A stretch of 62,676 bases of DNA from Methylococcales bacterium (GCA_003584865.1 QVQE01000108.1:1-62676); one strand, 5' to 3'. Positions 28,353-39,499 are shown, counted from the first letter of the stretch. The notes: generated by a model from the sequence alone, not told the origin. Made by a program: numbers and translations.

Positions 28353-28850
28353 TTAAACGCGAAATGTTGACGCGGGTAAAATCAATTTAGCTGGTTGACT
28401 AGGTAATGGTATAAAACCAAAGTGAGTGTAAAAACTGGCAGCCGTGTTATCTTTTGCATCTACAATGATTCCAGCCACTGCCAAAATATGGCTTGCATTT
28501 ATTACTTTCTGACAGGCATCAGCCAATAATATTGATCCTAAACCTTTACCGTGAAAGCTCATGCTAACAGCTAAGCGGCCTATTAGAGCAACGGGTACAG
28601 GATATCGATGTAATGTCTTAGCCAATGTTTCCGGTAAATCAGAACAACTGACACTACCTGCGCTCAACGTAAAAAAACCAGCTAATTGATTAGTGTCATA
28701 TTCTGGCGTTGCTATAAAGACTCTCGCCACATTTCGTCTAATATCTTGCGAAGCATAGAGGCGTATGTACTGGTCAAGTTGAATCTGCCCACAACTAAAA
28801 AAAGTGGTATCTACAGCTTTGTCAAATGAACGGATGTCGTAAATTATCAC
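28353..28850 (-). CDS. GNAT-family acetyltransferase toxin (TacT/AtaT-like)
   Basis: FSCG..LDQY, GFFTL, PVALIGRLAV..FHGKGLG..LL, VDAKD, FYTHFGF; GTG start overlaps the antitoxin stop. Confidence 0.88.
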   Translation of the reverse strand: MIIYDIRSFDKAVDTTFFSCGQIQLDQYIRLYASQDIRRNVARVFIATPEYDTNQLAGFFTLSAGSVSCSDLPETLAKTLHRYPVPVALIGRLAVSMSFHGKGLGSILLADACQKVINASHILAVAGIIVDAKDNTAASFYTHFGFIPLPSQPAKLILPASTFRV

Positions 28851-29140
28851 GGAGCTACTTGCTCAGAATGACGTTTAAAGGCATTTTTCAAGGCTGCATT
28901 GGGTTCTGTTTGTGCATCGAGTGTCGCTAGAAACGCATTAAAATCTTCAGGTCGTAAGGTAATGTTTTCATGCGCATGCACTATTTTTTCTGCAGAAGCT
29001 AAAGCATGAGATAGAACAAACTCTGAAATACTTACATGTGCATAAGTCGCAGCTTTATCCAACAACTCTCGCGCACGAACATCACAGCGAATATTAAGGC
29101 GGCTTTCTTTGGGGATAGTGTTTTCCATTAGAAACTCCAT
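28847..29140 (-). CDS. DUF1778-family (TacA/AtaR-like) RHH antitoxin; start may be ATG 29128
   Basis: SRLNIR...LLDKAA...SISEFVL...ITLRPEDFNAFLATLD..PNAALK; directly upstream of the GNAT gene. Confidence 0.88.
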   Translation of the reverse strand: MEFLMENTIPKESRLNIRCDVRARELLDKAATYAHVSISEFVLSHALASAEKIVHAHENITLRPEDFNAFLATLDAQTEPNAALKNAFKRHSEQVAP

Positions 29141-29208
29141 TAGGGTTCACGAAAGATAATTGTGCGCCGTTTGTGAGTACATTGCAAGAATAAGCTGTCC
29201 AAGACGTA

Positions 29209-29323
29209 AACACTAGTAATACAGCCTCTGTTACTCAAACTAACGCAAACAACCAAGCTACTATTGATCAATACGGTGGTTACAATAGCGCAAGAGTTAC
29301 CTAAAGCGGAATGCCTGACACTA
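29209..29323 (+). pseudogene. Decayed, internally deleted remnant of the curlin-repeat gene
   Basis: First part matches ~27381-27443, second part matches ~27813-27863; CAA>TAA change in ACCTAAAGCGGAATG. Confidence 0.85.
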
Positions 29324-29393
29324 TCCTAACCCTACTACAAAGCCATTTTTAAGCTATAATTACGCACTTTTTACTGCCTAACGTGAAGATACC

Positions 29394-30308
29394 GTGTCGA
29401 ATAGAAATAATGATTCATCAACTTTTCAGGGACTAATCCTGGCATTGCAAGACTATTGGTCTAATCAGGGCTGTATTTTATTACAACCTTTGGATCAAGA
29501 AGTGGGCGCAGGTACTTTTCATCCGGCGACTTTTTTACGGGCTATCGGCCCAGAGCCTTGGAACACGGCTTATGTGCAGCCCTCACGCCGTCCAACCGAT
29601 GGGCGTTTTGGAGAAAATCCTAATCGCTTACAGCATTACTATCAGTTTCAGGTGTTATTAAAACCCTCTCCTGATAATATCCAAGAGCTATACTTGGGAT
29701 CGTTAAGGTATTTAGGTCTGGATTTACTGGAACATGATATTCGTTTTGTTGAAGATAACTGGGAATCGCCTACCTTGGGTGCTTGGGGCTTAGGTTGGGA
29801 AGTGTGGCTCAATGGTATGGAAGTTACGCAGTTTACCTATTTTCAACAAGTAGGGGGCCTAGAGTGTCGTCCCGTCAGCGGTGAGATTACTTATGGTCTT
29901 GAACGTATCGCCATGTATCTGCAAGGTGTCAAGAGCGTTTATGATCTAGTATGGACTCATGGGCCGCAAGGCGTGGTGACTTATGGCGACGTATTTCATC
30001 AAAATGAAGTTGAAATGTCGGCCTATAACTTTGATCATGCCAATGTTGATTTTCTATTCCAATGCTTTAATACCTACGAGCAAGAGTGCCAAAAGTTAAT
30101 TGAACTCAATCTGCCATTACCTGCTTATGAAATGGTATTAAAGGCTTCTCATACCTTCAATTTATTGGATGCACGTCATGCTATTTCAGTTACCGAACGT
30201 CAACGTTATATTTTAAGAGTGCGTACCTTATCGAGGGCAGTAGCAGAAGCTTATTACGCGCGTAGAGAATCTTTAGGTTTTCCCATGTTGACTGAGCAAG
30301 GAGCATAA
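29394..30308 (+). CDS. glyQ: Glycine-tRNA ligase alpha subunit
   Basis: [51 protein letters not shown]. Confidence 0.97.
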   Translation: MSNRNNDSSTFQGLILALQDYWSNQGCILLQPLDQEVGAGTFHPATFLRAIGPEPWNTAYVQPSRRPTDGRFGENPNRLQHYYQFQVLLKPSPDNIQELYLGSLRYLGLDLLEHDIRFVEDNWESPTLGAWGLGWEVWLNGMEVTQFTYFQQVGGLECRPVSGEITYGLERIAMYLQGVKSVYDLVWTHGPQGVVTYGDVFHQNEVEMSAYNFDHANVDFLFQCFNTYEQECQKLIELNLPLPAYEMVLKASHTFNLLDARHAISVTERQRYILRVRTLSRAVAEAYYARRESLGFPMLTEQGA

Positions 30309-30310
30309 AC

Positions 30311-32380
30311 ATGATCGCAAGCAATCATTTATTATTTGAATTAGGTTCAGAAGAATTACCTCCAAAGACCTTGGTCAAGCTGAGTCATGCCTTGTCAGAT
30401 GGCATAACAAAAGGCTTACAAGACGCTGGAATTCCTTTTACAGGAATAAAAACCTTCGCTACACCACGACGTCTAGCGGTATTGATTGAAAATCTGTCTA
30501 TCGCACAACCGGATAAAACAGTTGAGAAACGAGGCCCTGCGATACAAGCAGCTTTTGACTCTGATGGTGCACCCAGTAAAGCAGCAGCCAGTTTTGCTCA
30601 AAGTTGTGGAACTACCTTTGAACACTTAGACCGCTTAAAAACAGAAAAGGGTGAATGGTTGGCTTTTACGCAAGTCGTTAAAGGCCAAGCTACTGAAAAT
30701 CTGATTCCAGATATTATTCGCCAAAGTATTGCGGCGCTGCCTATCGCTAAAAGAATGCGTTGGGGTAGTTTCAATACCGAATTTGTCAGACCTGTGCATT
30801 GGGCGGTTTTACTGTACGGTGATCAAGTGATTGACACTGAAATATTAGGCTTAAAAACCAGCAATACCACGCTAGGACATCGTTTCCATGCCCCAACTCA
30901 ACTGCTTATTAATAAACCTGAAGATTATCAGGACGTGTTGTTGACGCAAGGCAAAGTCATTGCGGATATAGAACAGCGTAAAGAGATTATTAGAGCAGCG
31001 GCTCAAAAAGCAGCGGCAGCGGTGGGCGGCATTGCCCATATTGAAGACGATTTATTGGAAGAAATCGCAGCTTTAAATGAATGGCCAGTGCCCATTACGG
31101 GGGGCTTTGATCCACGTTATTTAGAATTACCCGCTGAAGTACTCATTACCACCATGCAAACGAATCAGAAATACTTTCCGGTTAAGAATACGCAGGGTGG
31201 TTTGTTAGCGCATTTTATTACCTTTAGTAATATTGAAAGCACTCGCCCCGAGTCGATTCAACAAGGTAATGAGCGGGTGGTCACTCCGCGTTTATCGGAT
31301 GCTGAGTTCTTTTGGAATCAAGACAGAAAGAAAACTTTGGCCGATAGAGTCGATAGCTTATCAAACATTGTTTTCCAAGAGAAACTGGGCACAGTGGCTG
31401 AAAAGACCCACCGAGTTATTCAGTTGTCTGAGTTTATCGCAGAGCGTTTAAACGCTAATGTTGAATGGGCGAAACGAGCAGCGCTTTTAGCAAAGACCGA
31501 TTTAATGACAGAAATGGTCGGTGAGTTTGGTAACTTGCAAGGATTAATGGGGCGTTATTATGCCTTGGTAGAAGGCGAAGCACCCGAAGTGGCCTGGGCA
31601 TTAGAAGAGCAGTATTTTCCCAAGCAATCAGGTAGCGAAACCGCATCAACCCAGATTGGTCAGGTGCTGGCACTGGCGGAAAAAATAGATACCTTAGCCG
31701 GTATTTTTAGTGCCGGTTTAATTCCAACCGGTGATAAAGACCCTTATGCGCTTCGTCGTGCGGCCTTGGGGATTTTACGTACACTGATTGAGAATAATTT
31801 GACCCTCGATCTTGTTGAAGCGATGACCTTCTCTTTATCGTTGTTTACACATGCGTTTGATAAAGCAGCGACACAAGCGGCGGTGCTTGAGTTTATTTTC
31901 GATCGTTTAAAAGGATACTGTCTGGATAAAGGCTATAGTGCTGATGAGTTTGATGCAGTGATTAGCGTTAAGCCGGTTGATCCTTTAGATTTTATCCAAC
32001 GTCTTGTAGCGGTTAAAGCATTTAGGCAGTTACCCGAAGCGGATAGTTTAGCCGCCGCTAATAAACGCATTCGTAATATATTGAAAAAATCAGATAGTCA
32101 GCCTTCTAATACCGTCGGTGTTTTAGTTGAAAGTGCAGAAATTCAACTATTGGAAGTGGCAAGCTTGTCTGGGGAAGATATTAAACCTTTGTTAGCTGAG
32201 CGTGATTATCAGGGTACTTTAAATCGCTTAGCACAATTAAGAGGTGCGGTGGATGCTTTCTTTGATAACGTCATGGTCATGACGGATGATCTTGAATTAC
32301 GTGCTCATCGATTGGCTTTGTTAAACCTGTTATCCGAGCAGTTTTTAACCTGTGCAGATATATCTAAATTACAAGCGTAA
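30311..32380 (+). CDS. glyS: Glycine-tRNA ligase beta subunit
   Basis: LFELGSEELPP, TPRRLA, KRMRWG, MVGEF..LQG.MG, DPYALRR, FFDNVMV. Confidence 0.97.
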   Translation: MIASNHLLFELGSEELPPKTLVKLSHALSDGITKGLQDAGIPFTGIKTFATPRRLAVLIENLSIAQPDKTVEKRGPAIQAAFDSDGAPSKAAASFAQSCGTTFEHLDRLKTEKGEWLAFTQVVKGQATENLIPDIIRQSIAALPIAKRMRWGSFNTEFVRPVHWAVLLYGDQVIDTEILGLKTSNTTLGHRFHAPTQLLINKPEDYQDVLLTQGKVIADIEQRKEIIRAAAQKAAAAVGGIAHIEDDLLEEIAALNEWPVPITGGFDPRYLELPAEVLITTMQTNQKYFPVKNTQGGLLAHFITFSNIESTRPESIQQGNERVVTPRLSDAEFFWNQDRKKTLADRVDSLSNIVFQEKLGTVAEKTHRVIQLSEFIAERLNANVEWAKRAALLAKTDLMTEMVGEFGNLQGLMGRYYALVEGEAPEVAWALEEQYFPKQSGSETASTQIGQVLALAEKIDTLAGIFSAGLIPTGDKDPYALRRAALGILRTLIENNLTLDLVEAMTFSLSLFTHAFDKAATQAAVLEFIFDRLKGYCLDKGYSADEFDAVISVKPVDPLDFIQRLVAVKAFRQLPEADSLAAANKRIRNILKKSDSQPSNTVGVLVESAEIQLLEVASLSGEDIKPLLAERDYQGTLNRLAQLRGAVDAFFDNVMVMTDDLELRAHRLALLNLLSEQFLTCADISKLQA

Positions 32381-32395
32381 TATTTAATCAATAAT

Positions 32396-32941
32396 ATGTC
32401 GAAACAACGCTATATCTTATTAGATCGTGATGGTGTAATTAATGAAGACTCGGACGCCTTTATTAAAACACCTGAAGAGTGGTTGCCTATTGCGGGCAGT
32501 CTTGAGGCTATCGCGTTATTGACATCACACGCTTATAAAGTGATTGTTGTGACTAATCAATCCGGCATTGCAAGAGGCTTATTTGACGATGCCATGCTAG
32601 ACAAAATTCATGCAAAAATGAATGCTCTTGTCGCCGAAAAAGGAGGGCTGATTACCGCCATTTATTCTTGCCCTCACGGCCCAGACAGCGCTTGTGATTG
32701 TCGTAAACCGAAGCCTGGTTTATTAAAATCTTTTGCGCAGGATTTTAATGCTGTTTTATCAGGTATACCTGTTATCGGAGATTCTTTACGTGATCTACAA
32801 GCGGCTGAAGCGGTAGGTGCCGAGCCGATTTTAGTCAAAACAGGTAAAGGTCAGGGCACGCTATTAAATAATCCACACCTTAATATTCTTGTTTTTGAGA
32901 ACTTATATGACGCAGCAAAATATATCACCGCAAGATCTTAG
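32396..32941 (+). CDS. gmhB: D-glycero-D-manno-heptose 1,7-bisphosphate phosphatase
   Basis: LDRDGVIN, TNQSGIARG, CPH...CDCRKPKPG, IGDSLRD. Confidence 0.93.
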   Translation: MSKQRYILLDRDGVINEDSDAFIKTPEEWLPIAGSLEAIALLTSHAYKVIVVTNQSGIARGLFDDAMLDKIHAKMNALVAEKGGLITAIYSCPHGPDSACDCRKPKPGLLKSFAQDFNAVLSGIPVIGDSLRDLQAAEAVGAEPILVKTGKGQGTLLNNPHLNILVFENLYDAAKYITARS

Positions 32942-33653
32942 ACCTAAAAATTATGTAGGTTCTACCTTATTGTTTATTGGTATTTTTTTAACCGCTACGG
33001 TGGTCGGAACCTTGATTCTTATTGGGTTGGTTGGCTCCTTTAAATTACGGTGGAAAATTGGCTACGCCTGGTGCGCTATTATTGGCTGGATGACCAAGGT
33101 TTTTTGCGGTTTGACATTTGAAGTAGAAGGGTTAGAACATGTTGATCCAACGCAGCCGACTATTTTTTTAAGCAACCATCAATCCGCTTGGGAAACCTTG
33201 GCTTTACGGTATATTTTGCCGCCTCATTCGGTGGTGATTAAGCGTGAATTGCTTTATTTGCCTATTTGGGGCTGGTCATTGCTGGCTTTAAAATCCATTG
33301 TGATTAATCGAAAAAATCAACGCGCTTCCTTGAAGTCTTTACTGGATCAAGGCTCACGGTATTTAAAAGAGGGTTTGTCTGTGTTGATTTTTCCAGAGGG
33401 AACTCGGGCAGGAGCGAGGGATGTTCTTAAGTTTAATATCGGAGGCGCTATGTTGGCTCATAAGACAGGCTATCCTGTTATCCCTGTGGCTCATAATGCG
33501 GGTGATTTTTGGCCGCGTTATAGCTTTTTTAAATATCCTGGGGTGATTAAAGTAAAAATTGGCCCCTCTATGGAAACCAAGGGTCGTAAAGCAGCCGATA
33601 TCAATGCAGAAGCAGAAGTCTGGATAAGACAGGCTATGCAAGAGATGGGGTAA
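32907..33653 (+). CDS. plsC: 1-acyl-sn-glycerol-3-phosphate acyltransferase
   Basis: NHQSAWET, FPEGTR, PVIPVAHN; usual glyQS-gmhB-plsC order; start uncertain. Confidence 0.85.
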   Translation: MTQQNISPQDLRPKNYVGSTLLFIGIFLTATVVGTLILIGLVGSFKLRWKIGYAWCAIIGWMTKVFCGLTFEVEGLEHVDPTQPTIFLSNHQSAWETLALRYILPPHSVVIKRELLYLPIWGWSLLALKSIVINRKNQRASLKSLLDQGSRYLKEGLSVLIFPEGTRAGARDVLKFNIGGAMLAHKTGYPVIPVAHNAGDFWPRYSFFKYPGVIKVKIGPSMETKGRKAADINAEAEVWIRQAMQEMG

Positions 33654-33748
33654 ATTTAATAATACCCAAGCTTTTATCTGGGTCTTAATGTAACTGCGTA
33701 TAATGCGCTTAATAATAACTCAATAAAATAAACAACGGTCACTTACCC

Positions 33749-34219
33749 ATGAAGAAAATTTTACTCCTATCCTTAGCAGCCTTATTGTTACCCGCTTGTG
33801 CCGATAAAAACCAATATGAGCAGGCTGTCTTGGAGCAAATGAAAAAAGAAGCGGATATAAAAGATTATAAAATAACACCAGAATATATGGCTAAATGTGT
33901 TGTCGATACGACGGCTAAAAATATGCCCGGTCTTTTTCCCGTAGATCCTACTCGCTTAACAGCTTATCGTAACTATACAAAAATGCTGACCTTAACAGAA
34001 TCACAAGATCCTAAAAAGGTACTCGAAGAATTACGTACTGATTTTGGTTCTGCTAAAGCGCTGGCTGAAGCACGAACTAATTACACGGAAAGTTTAATGG
34101 AATGTTACACCGCAGTGATTTCAGAGTCTGAAAAAGAGAATGCTGGGGAAGCAAAAGTAGAAGAGGCACCAGTTACGCAGCTATCTGCTCCAACAACAGA
34201 AGGCTCGCCAAGTAAATAA
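33749..34219 (+). CDS. Hypothetical lipoprotein
   Basis: MKKILLLSLAALLLPAC lipobox. Confidence 0.75.
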   Translation: MKKILLLSLAALLLPACADKNQYEQAVLEQMKKEADIKDYKITPEYMAKCVVDTTAKNMPGLFPVDPTRLTAYRNYTKMLTLTESQDPKKVLEELRTDFGSAKALAEARTNYTESLMECYTAVISESEKENAGEAKVEEAPVTQLSAPTTEGSPSK

Positions 34220-34225
34220 AAATGC

Positions 34226-34256
34226 ATCCCCAGTCTGTTGAAGGACTGGGGATTTT
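34226..34256. terminator. Hairpin terminator between the convergent lipoprotein gene and metG
   Basis: ATCCCCAGTC-loop-GACTGGGGATTTT. Confidence 0.7.
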
Positions 34257-34261
34257 GGGGG

Positions 34262-36298
34262 CTATTTAACTCTCATTCCTGCAACGGCACCTTCATCGGG
34301 GCTTAAAATCCAGATGTCTTTGCCACCTGGGCCTGCTGCCAATACCATCCCTTCAGACGTACCAAAACGCATTTTTCTAGGGGCAAGATTAGCGATGACC
34401 AGTGTTAATTTGCCTTCTAAATCTTCGGGGGCATAAGCGGATTTTATACCCGCAAAGATAGTGCGAACTTCGTCACCGATATCGACGATTAAGTGTAATA
34501 ACTTATCCGAACCTTCTATAGACTCTGCCTTGATAATTTTAGCAATACGTAAATCAAGTTTGGCAAAGTCATTGAAATCAACTACGTCAGCAATGGGTTC
34601 AAATAGCTTTTCTTTTTCAACCGGGGCTTGAGTCTGTGCAACTGTTTTTTCTAGGTTTTCTTTAGACGCTTCAACAATGGCGGCAATCTTATCTGCATCA
34701 ACGCGGGTCATTAATGGTTTAAAATCATTGACGGTATGATTTAAAAGCGGTTGGCTGTGATGGGTAGGCCAAGTTTGTGATTCGATGTTTAAAAAGCGTT
34801 CTGCTTCTGTCGCTAAGGCCGGAATAACAGGTTTTAGATAGACGGCTAATAAGCGGAACAAATTGATACCCACTGAGCAAATGTCATGCAGGAGGGCATC
34901 TTGACCTTCTTGTTTAGCCACTAACCAAGGTTTCTTTTCATCAATATACTGGTTGGCTTTATCTGCAAGTGCCATGATCTCACGCATAGCTTTACCAAAC
35001 TCGCGGGCTTCATAAAAATCGGCGATGGTTTCGTTGGCCTTGACAAACTCTAAAAATAAATCAGGTTCAGAACATTCGGCAGATAAACTATTAGCAAAGC
35101 GTTTGTTAATAAAACCGCTGCAACGACTCGCGATATTAACCACTTTACCGACAAGGTCAGAGTTAACACGCTGGCTAAAATCATCAAAGTTTAAATCAAT
35201 ATCATCCACTCCAGCGCTGAGTTTCGCAGCGAAATAATAGCGTAGATATTCAGGGTTTAAATGATCTAAATAGGTGCGAGCAGTAATAAAGGTGCCGCGA
35301 GACTTAGACATTTTTTCGCCGTTGACGGTTAAGAAGCCGTGCGCAAAAATAGCAGTGGGTGTTCTAAAGTTTGCACCACTGAGCATAGCAGGCCAAAACA
35401 AGGCGTGGAAGTAAATAATGTCTTTACCGATAAAATGGTAAAGCTCAGTGTTACTTTCAGTTGTCCAGAATTCATCAAAATTGAGTGATTGTTTATCACA
35501 TAGGTTCTTAAAACTAGCCATGTAACCGATAGGTGCATCTAACCAGACATAAAAGTATTTGCCTGGGGCATCAGGGATTTCAAAACCAAAATAAGGCGCG
35601 TCCCGTGAAATATCCCATTGCTGTAAGCCGCCTTCTAACCATTCTGCCAGCTTGTTTCTGACTTCGGCTTGTAAATGACCGGCTTGTGTCCAAGCTGCGA
35701 GCATATCGGTAAAGTCAGCCAAATTAAAAAAGTAATGGACTGAGTCTTTTTCAATGGGTTTTTCACCCGAAATGGCAGAGACTGCATTCTTGAGTTCAGT
35801 CGGTGAGTACGTGGCACCACAGACTTCACAGCCATCACCGTATTGGTCTGTTGCACCACACTTGGGGCAGTCACCTTTAATAAAACGATCGGGTAAAAAC
35901 ATGTTTTTAACCGGATCATAAGCCTGCGTAATGGTGCGTGAACTGATATGACCGGCCTCTCTTAATCGCGTGTAGATCAACTCTGAAAAAATTTTATTTT
36001 CTTCAGAATGGGTACTATGATAATTATCAAAAGCGACGCCAAAAGCAGTGAAGTCCGCTAAGTGTTCTTTACCCACTTGGGCAATCAGTGCTTCTGGTGT
36101 GATACCTTCCCGATCCGCTTTAAGCATAATCGGTGTGCCGTGGGTATCATCAGCGCAGACAAAATAGCAGCGGTTACCGCGTTGTTTTTGAAAACGAACC
36201 CAGATATCGGTTTGGATATATTCAACCAGATGTCCTAAATGAATAGGGCCGTTGGCGTAGGGAAGGGCGCTAGTGACAAGAATTTTTCTATCTGACAT
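34262..36298 (-). CDS. metG: Methionine-tRNA ligase
   Basis: [16 protein letters not shown], zinc knuckle, KMSKS, C-terminal tRNA-binding OB domain; start at 36298 (MSDRKILVT). Confidence 0.97.
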   Translation of the reverse strand: MSDRKILVTSALPYANGPIHLGHLVEYIQTDIWVRFQKQRGNRCYFVCADDTHGTPIMLKADREGITPEALIAQVGKEHLADFTAFGVAFDNYHSTHSEENKIFSELIYTRLREAGHISSRTITQAYDPVKNMFLPDRFIKGDCPKCGATDQYGDGCEVCGATYSPTELKNAVSAISGEKPIEKDSVHYFFNLADFTDMLAAWTQAGHLQAEVRNKLAEWLEGGLQQWDISRDAPYFGFEIPDAPGKYFYVWLDAPIGYMASFKNLCDKQSLNFDEFWTTESNTELYHFIGKDIIYFHALFWPAMLSGANFRTPTAIFAHGFLTVNGEKMSKSRGTFITARTYLDHLNPEYLRYYFAAKLSAGVDDIDLNFDDFSQRVNSDLVGKVVNIASRCSGFINKRFANSLSAECSEPDLFLEFVKANETIADFYEAREFGKAMREIMALADKANQYIDEKKPWLVAKQEGQDALLHDICSVGINLFRLLAVYLKPVIPALATEAERFLNIESQTWPTHHSQPLLNHTVNDFKPLMTRVDADKIAAIVEASKENLEKTVAQTQAPVEKEKLFEPIADVVDFNDFAKLDLRIAKIIKAESIEGSDKLLHLIVDIGDEVRTIFAGIKSAYAPEDLEGKLTLVIANLAPRKMRFGTSEGMVLAAGPGGKDIWILSPDEGAVAGMRVK

Positions 36299-36493
36299 GG
36301 TTAAAAGATCAAGGTATACGGAAACTAATAATGCGGGAATTATCTCATAAAATGAACTGTTCAACAGAATAGAGGCGCTCTAAACAATGAATTTTGTAAA
36401 AAAATTGTAGAATACCTGTCATTGTGAATCTTCAGCTATTCAAATAGAATGTCTTGAAGAGCGCTTAACCAAAACTAATAATATGAGATTATC

Positions 36494-37585
36494 ATGACAC
36501 AGCTAGAAAAGACCGACGTAGAAAATTTGTTAAAGACCTTTATCGACCCCAATCATGGTGTCGATCTGGTGACGGCAAAATCAGTTAAATCGATTGTTAT
36601 TGACGGTTCCAATGTTAATGTTAAGCTGGAACTGGGATATCCGGCAAAAAGCTTTATTGAGACGTTAAGGACTGAGGTCGAGCAACATCTTAGCGTTTTA
36701 GAAGGGGTCAGTCAGGTGACGGTGGAGGTGACTGTAAAAATTATTTCACATGCCGTTCAACAAGCCTTAAAGCCTCAAGCCAATATAAAAAATATTATAG
36801 CCGTTGCTTCAGGAAAAGGCGGGGTAGGTAAGTCGACAACGGCTGTTAATTTAGCCTTAGCCTTGATTGCCGAAGGGGCTAAAGTCGGTATACTCGATGC
36901 TGATATTTACGGGCCGAGTATTCCAACCATGCTGGGATTATCTGGCTTGCCTGAAAGTGTCGATAATAAAACCATGATACCCAAGACTGCTTATGGTTTA
37001 CAAACCATGTCTATTGGGTATTTGATTGAACCCGATCAGCCGATGATCTGGCGCGGGCCTATTGCAACGAATACCTTGCAGCAATTATTGAGAGATACTA
37101 ACTGGGTTGATCTGGATTATCTCATTATTGATTTACCGCCCGGTACCGGTGATATTCAATTGACACTTGCACAACAAATTCCAGTGAGTGGTGCCATTAT
37201 TGTGACGACGCCTCAAGATATTGCGCTGATTGATGCTCAACGTGGCTTAGGCATGTTTGCAAAAGTTAATGTGCCGGTTTTGGGTGTCGTAGAAAACATG
37301 AGTATGCATATTTGTAGTCAGTGTGGTCATGCTGAGGCTATTTTTGGAGAAGGGGGTGGCATAGCCATGTCCGAGAAAAACAAGGTCGATTTTTTAGGCG
37401 CATTACCTTTGGATATCACCATTCGGCAATATGCTGACTCAGGAAAACCCACAGTGGTTTCAGATCCTGAGGGAAAAGCCGCACAAATTTACAAAGCAAT
37501 AGCTCGTAAAACAGCAGCAAAATTAGCCTTAAAAACCAAGGATTATAGTACTCGCTTCCCTAATATTGTGATACAAAACACCTGA
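36494..37585 (+). CDS. apbC: Iron-sulfur cluster carrier ATPase Mrp/ApbC
   Basis: ASGKGGVGKST, DADIYGPS, WRGP, DLPPGTGD, CSQC; divergent from metG. Confidence 0.94.
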   Translation: MTQLEKTDVENLLKTFIDPNHGVDLVTAKSVKSIVIDGSNVNVKLELGYPAKSFIETLRTEVEQHLSVLEGVSQVTVEVTVKIISHAVQQALKPQANIKNIIAVASGKGGVGKSTTAVNLALALIAEGAKVGILDADIYGPSIPTMLGLSGLPESVDNKTMIPKTAYGLQTMSIGYLIEPDQPMIWRGPIATNTLQQLLRDTNWVDLDYLIIDLPPGTGDIQLTLAQQIPVSGAIIVTTPQDIALIDAQRGLGMFAKVNVPVLGVVENMSMHICSQCGHAEAIFGEGGGIAMSEKNKVDFLGALPLDITIRQYADSGKPTVVSDPEGKAAQIYKAIARKTAAKLALKTKDYSTRFPNIVIQNT

Positions 37586-37651
37586 AGACCTTGTGTCAAT
37601 AGCAAGTCTATGTAAAAATCAAGCAATTTAATACACTAGGTTTAATAGTTC

Positions 37652-38218
37652 ATGAGCATAAAGTCGGATAAATGGATACGCCGTATGGCGGAGCAACAAA
37701 GCATGATCGAGCCCTTTGAAAGTGGTCAAGTCAGGGATTCTGAGCGAGGCAAGGTTATTTCTTATGGCACCTCCAGTTATGGCTATGATGTTCGATGCTC
37801 TGATGAATTTAAAATATTTACTAATATTAACTCAGCGATTGTTGATCCGAAAAACTTTGATCCCAATAGCTTTGTCGATGTTAAGTCCGATGTTTGTATT
37901 ATTCCCCCCAACTCTTTTGCTTTAGCGCGTACTATTGAATATTTCAGGATTCCGCGTGATGTATTGGTTATTTGTTTGGGTAAATCAACCTATGCGCGTT
38001 GCGGTATTATTGTTAACGTGACGCCCTTAGAGCCTGAGTGGGAAGGTCACGTCACCCTGGAGTTTTCTAATACCACCACCTTGCCTGCAAAGATATACGC
38101 TAACGAGGGCGTCGCGCAAATGCTCTTTTTTGGTAGTGATGAAATCTGCGAAACATCTTATAAAGATAGAGCAGGCAAGTATCAAGGCCAGACGGGGGTT
38201 ACTTTACCTAAGGCCTGA
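37652..38218 (+). CDS. dcd: dCTP deaminase
   Basis: [32 protein letters not shown]. Confidence 0.96.
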   Translation: MSIKSDKWIRRMAEQQSMIEPFESGQVRDSERGKVISYGTSSYGYDVRCSDEFKIFTNINSAIVDPKNFDPNSFVDVKSDVCIIPPNSFALARTIEYFRIPRDVLVICLGKSTYARCGIIVNVTPLEPEWEGHVTLEFSNTTTLPAKIYANEGVAQMLFFGSDEICETSYKDRAGKYQGQTGVTLPKA

Positions 38219-38246
38219 GTTTAATGAAGCGGAAGTACAAAGAAAA

Positions 38247-38489
38247 TTAGTTCAGCTCTTTTTGAGGCGGTAATTGTATAAAAAAGCCTTTGGTATTAAG
38301 ACTTTCAATGACTTTTTTAGCCTCTTCTTTGGCTAGTTTTTTATCTTCCGTTAATTCTATTTCCATGACGAATTCTAATTTCCCGAAGTTGTTCAGTAAT
38401 TCTTCAGGTACTTTTGAGAAATCATCTCGGTTAACGAGATACAAATACAAATAATCTTTTTTTAAGCTTTTATAGATAAAGGATTGCAT
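38247..38489 (-). CDS. YcgL-domain protein
   Basis: IYKSLKK..LYLY...DDFSKVPEEL...FG...GFFIQLPP. Confidence 0.88.
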   Translation of the reverse strand: MQSFIYKSLKKDYLYLYLVNRDDFSKVPEELLNNFGKLEFVMEIELTEDKKLAKEEAKKVIESLNTKGFFIQLPPQKELN

Positions 38490-38573
38490 GGTGTTAAATG
38501 ATAGTTGGAATAGAAATGACTATTTTAACTGTTTTTACAACGTTCCCCAATTTTACAACAACTAAAATCTAAG

Positions 38574-39179
38574 ATGGATAAATCACTTTTTAAATTAGAT
38601 GACTTTTTTAAATCAGCCTGTGTGTTTGAAGCTTCCCTGATCATAGTCGCGGTTGTGTTAGGCTGGATTGCTTCGATTGATCCATTTGAAAACATACATT
38701 TTTCGGAAATGGCTATTGTTTATGGCGTGATAGGGACGCTACCTTTGTTTTTGATGTTTCTGGCACTAGAGAAAATACAGGGAGATTCTGTTGTTCAAAT
38801 TAAGAATTTACTGCTCAATACCTTAGGGCCAGGATTACATCGTTATCATTGGACTGATTTATTGATATTAGCTTCAATAGCGGGGGTGTCAGAAGAATTA
38901 TTGTTTAGAGGGGTTATTCAGCCTTGGATTGAACACGCATGGGGAGCAACCGTGGGTTTAATTGCCAGTAATATTTTGTTTGGATTCGTTCATGCTATCA
39001 CGCCACTGTATGCAGTATTAGCTACGCTGGTGGGTATTTATTTAGGTTTATCGTTAACTTATGGTGGGGAAACAAATTTGCTGGTTCCTATAATTATTCA
39101 TGGGTTTTATGACTTCTTAGCGTTTGTGGTGTTAATGCGTATTTATCGTAGTAGTTTGTCTGCTAGTGAATCTAATTAA
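38574..39179 (+). CDS. CPBP/CAAX-family intramembrane metalloprotease
   Basis: EELLFRG, FGFVH and HGFYD motifs; multiple TM helices. Confidence 0.88.
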   Translation: MDKSLFKLDDFFKSACVFEASLIIVAVVLGWIASIDPFENIHFSEMAIVYGVIGTLPLFLMFLALEKIQGDSVVQIKNLLLNTLGPGLHRYHWTDLLILASIAGVSEELLFRGVIQPWIEHAWGATVGLIASNILFGFVHAITPLYAVLATLVGIYLGLSLTYGGETNLLVPIIIHGFYDFLAFVVLMRIYRSSLSASESN

Positions 39180-39334
39180 GTTGCCACACGTTAACTGAAT
39201 GCTTGATGAATGAATTGTATCTGATTAGGAAACTATTCGTATATCCATAGTATCATTGTCAACAATAGAGATCTTATGTATAGTTAGCCTGCAGTTTAAC
39301 GAAACATTTTATTTTTATTGACGAGGATACTCTC

Positions 39335-39499
39335 ATGACTGATTTACAAAAAGATTTTTTAACTGGCGCGATATTTATGACGGGTTTAGTTGGCTTTATC
39401 TCAGGTGAATTTATTATTTCATCCACCTTGTTTGCTTCTGCCGCTATTGCTAGTAGCTTAAGCTTTAGCCGCAAAAAAACCAGCGTTGGACAATATTGA
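39335..39499 (+). CDS. Small (54 aa) hydrophobic membrane protein missed by the ORF track
   Basis: RBS GAGGA, then MTDLQKDFLTGAIFMTGLVGFISGEFIISSTLFASAAIASSLSFSRKKTSVGQY*. Confidence 0.65.
   Translation: MTDLQKDFLTGAIFMTGLVGFISGEFIISSTLFASAAIASSLSFSRKKTSVGQY

Noticed and set aside
39274-39474. 66-aa minus-strand ORF
   Set aside because: The plus-strand 54-aa ORF at 39335-39499 has an RBS, an ATG and a downstream terminator, so it is the better call.
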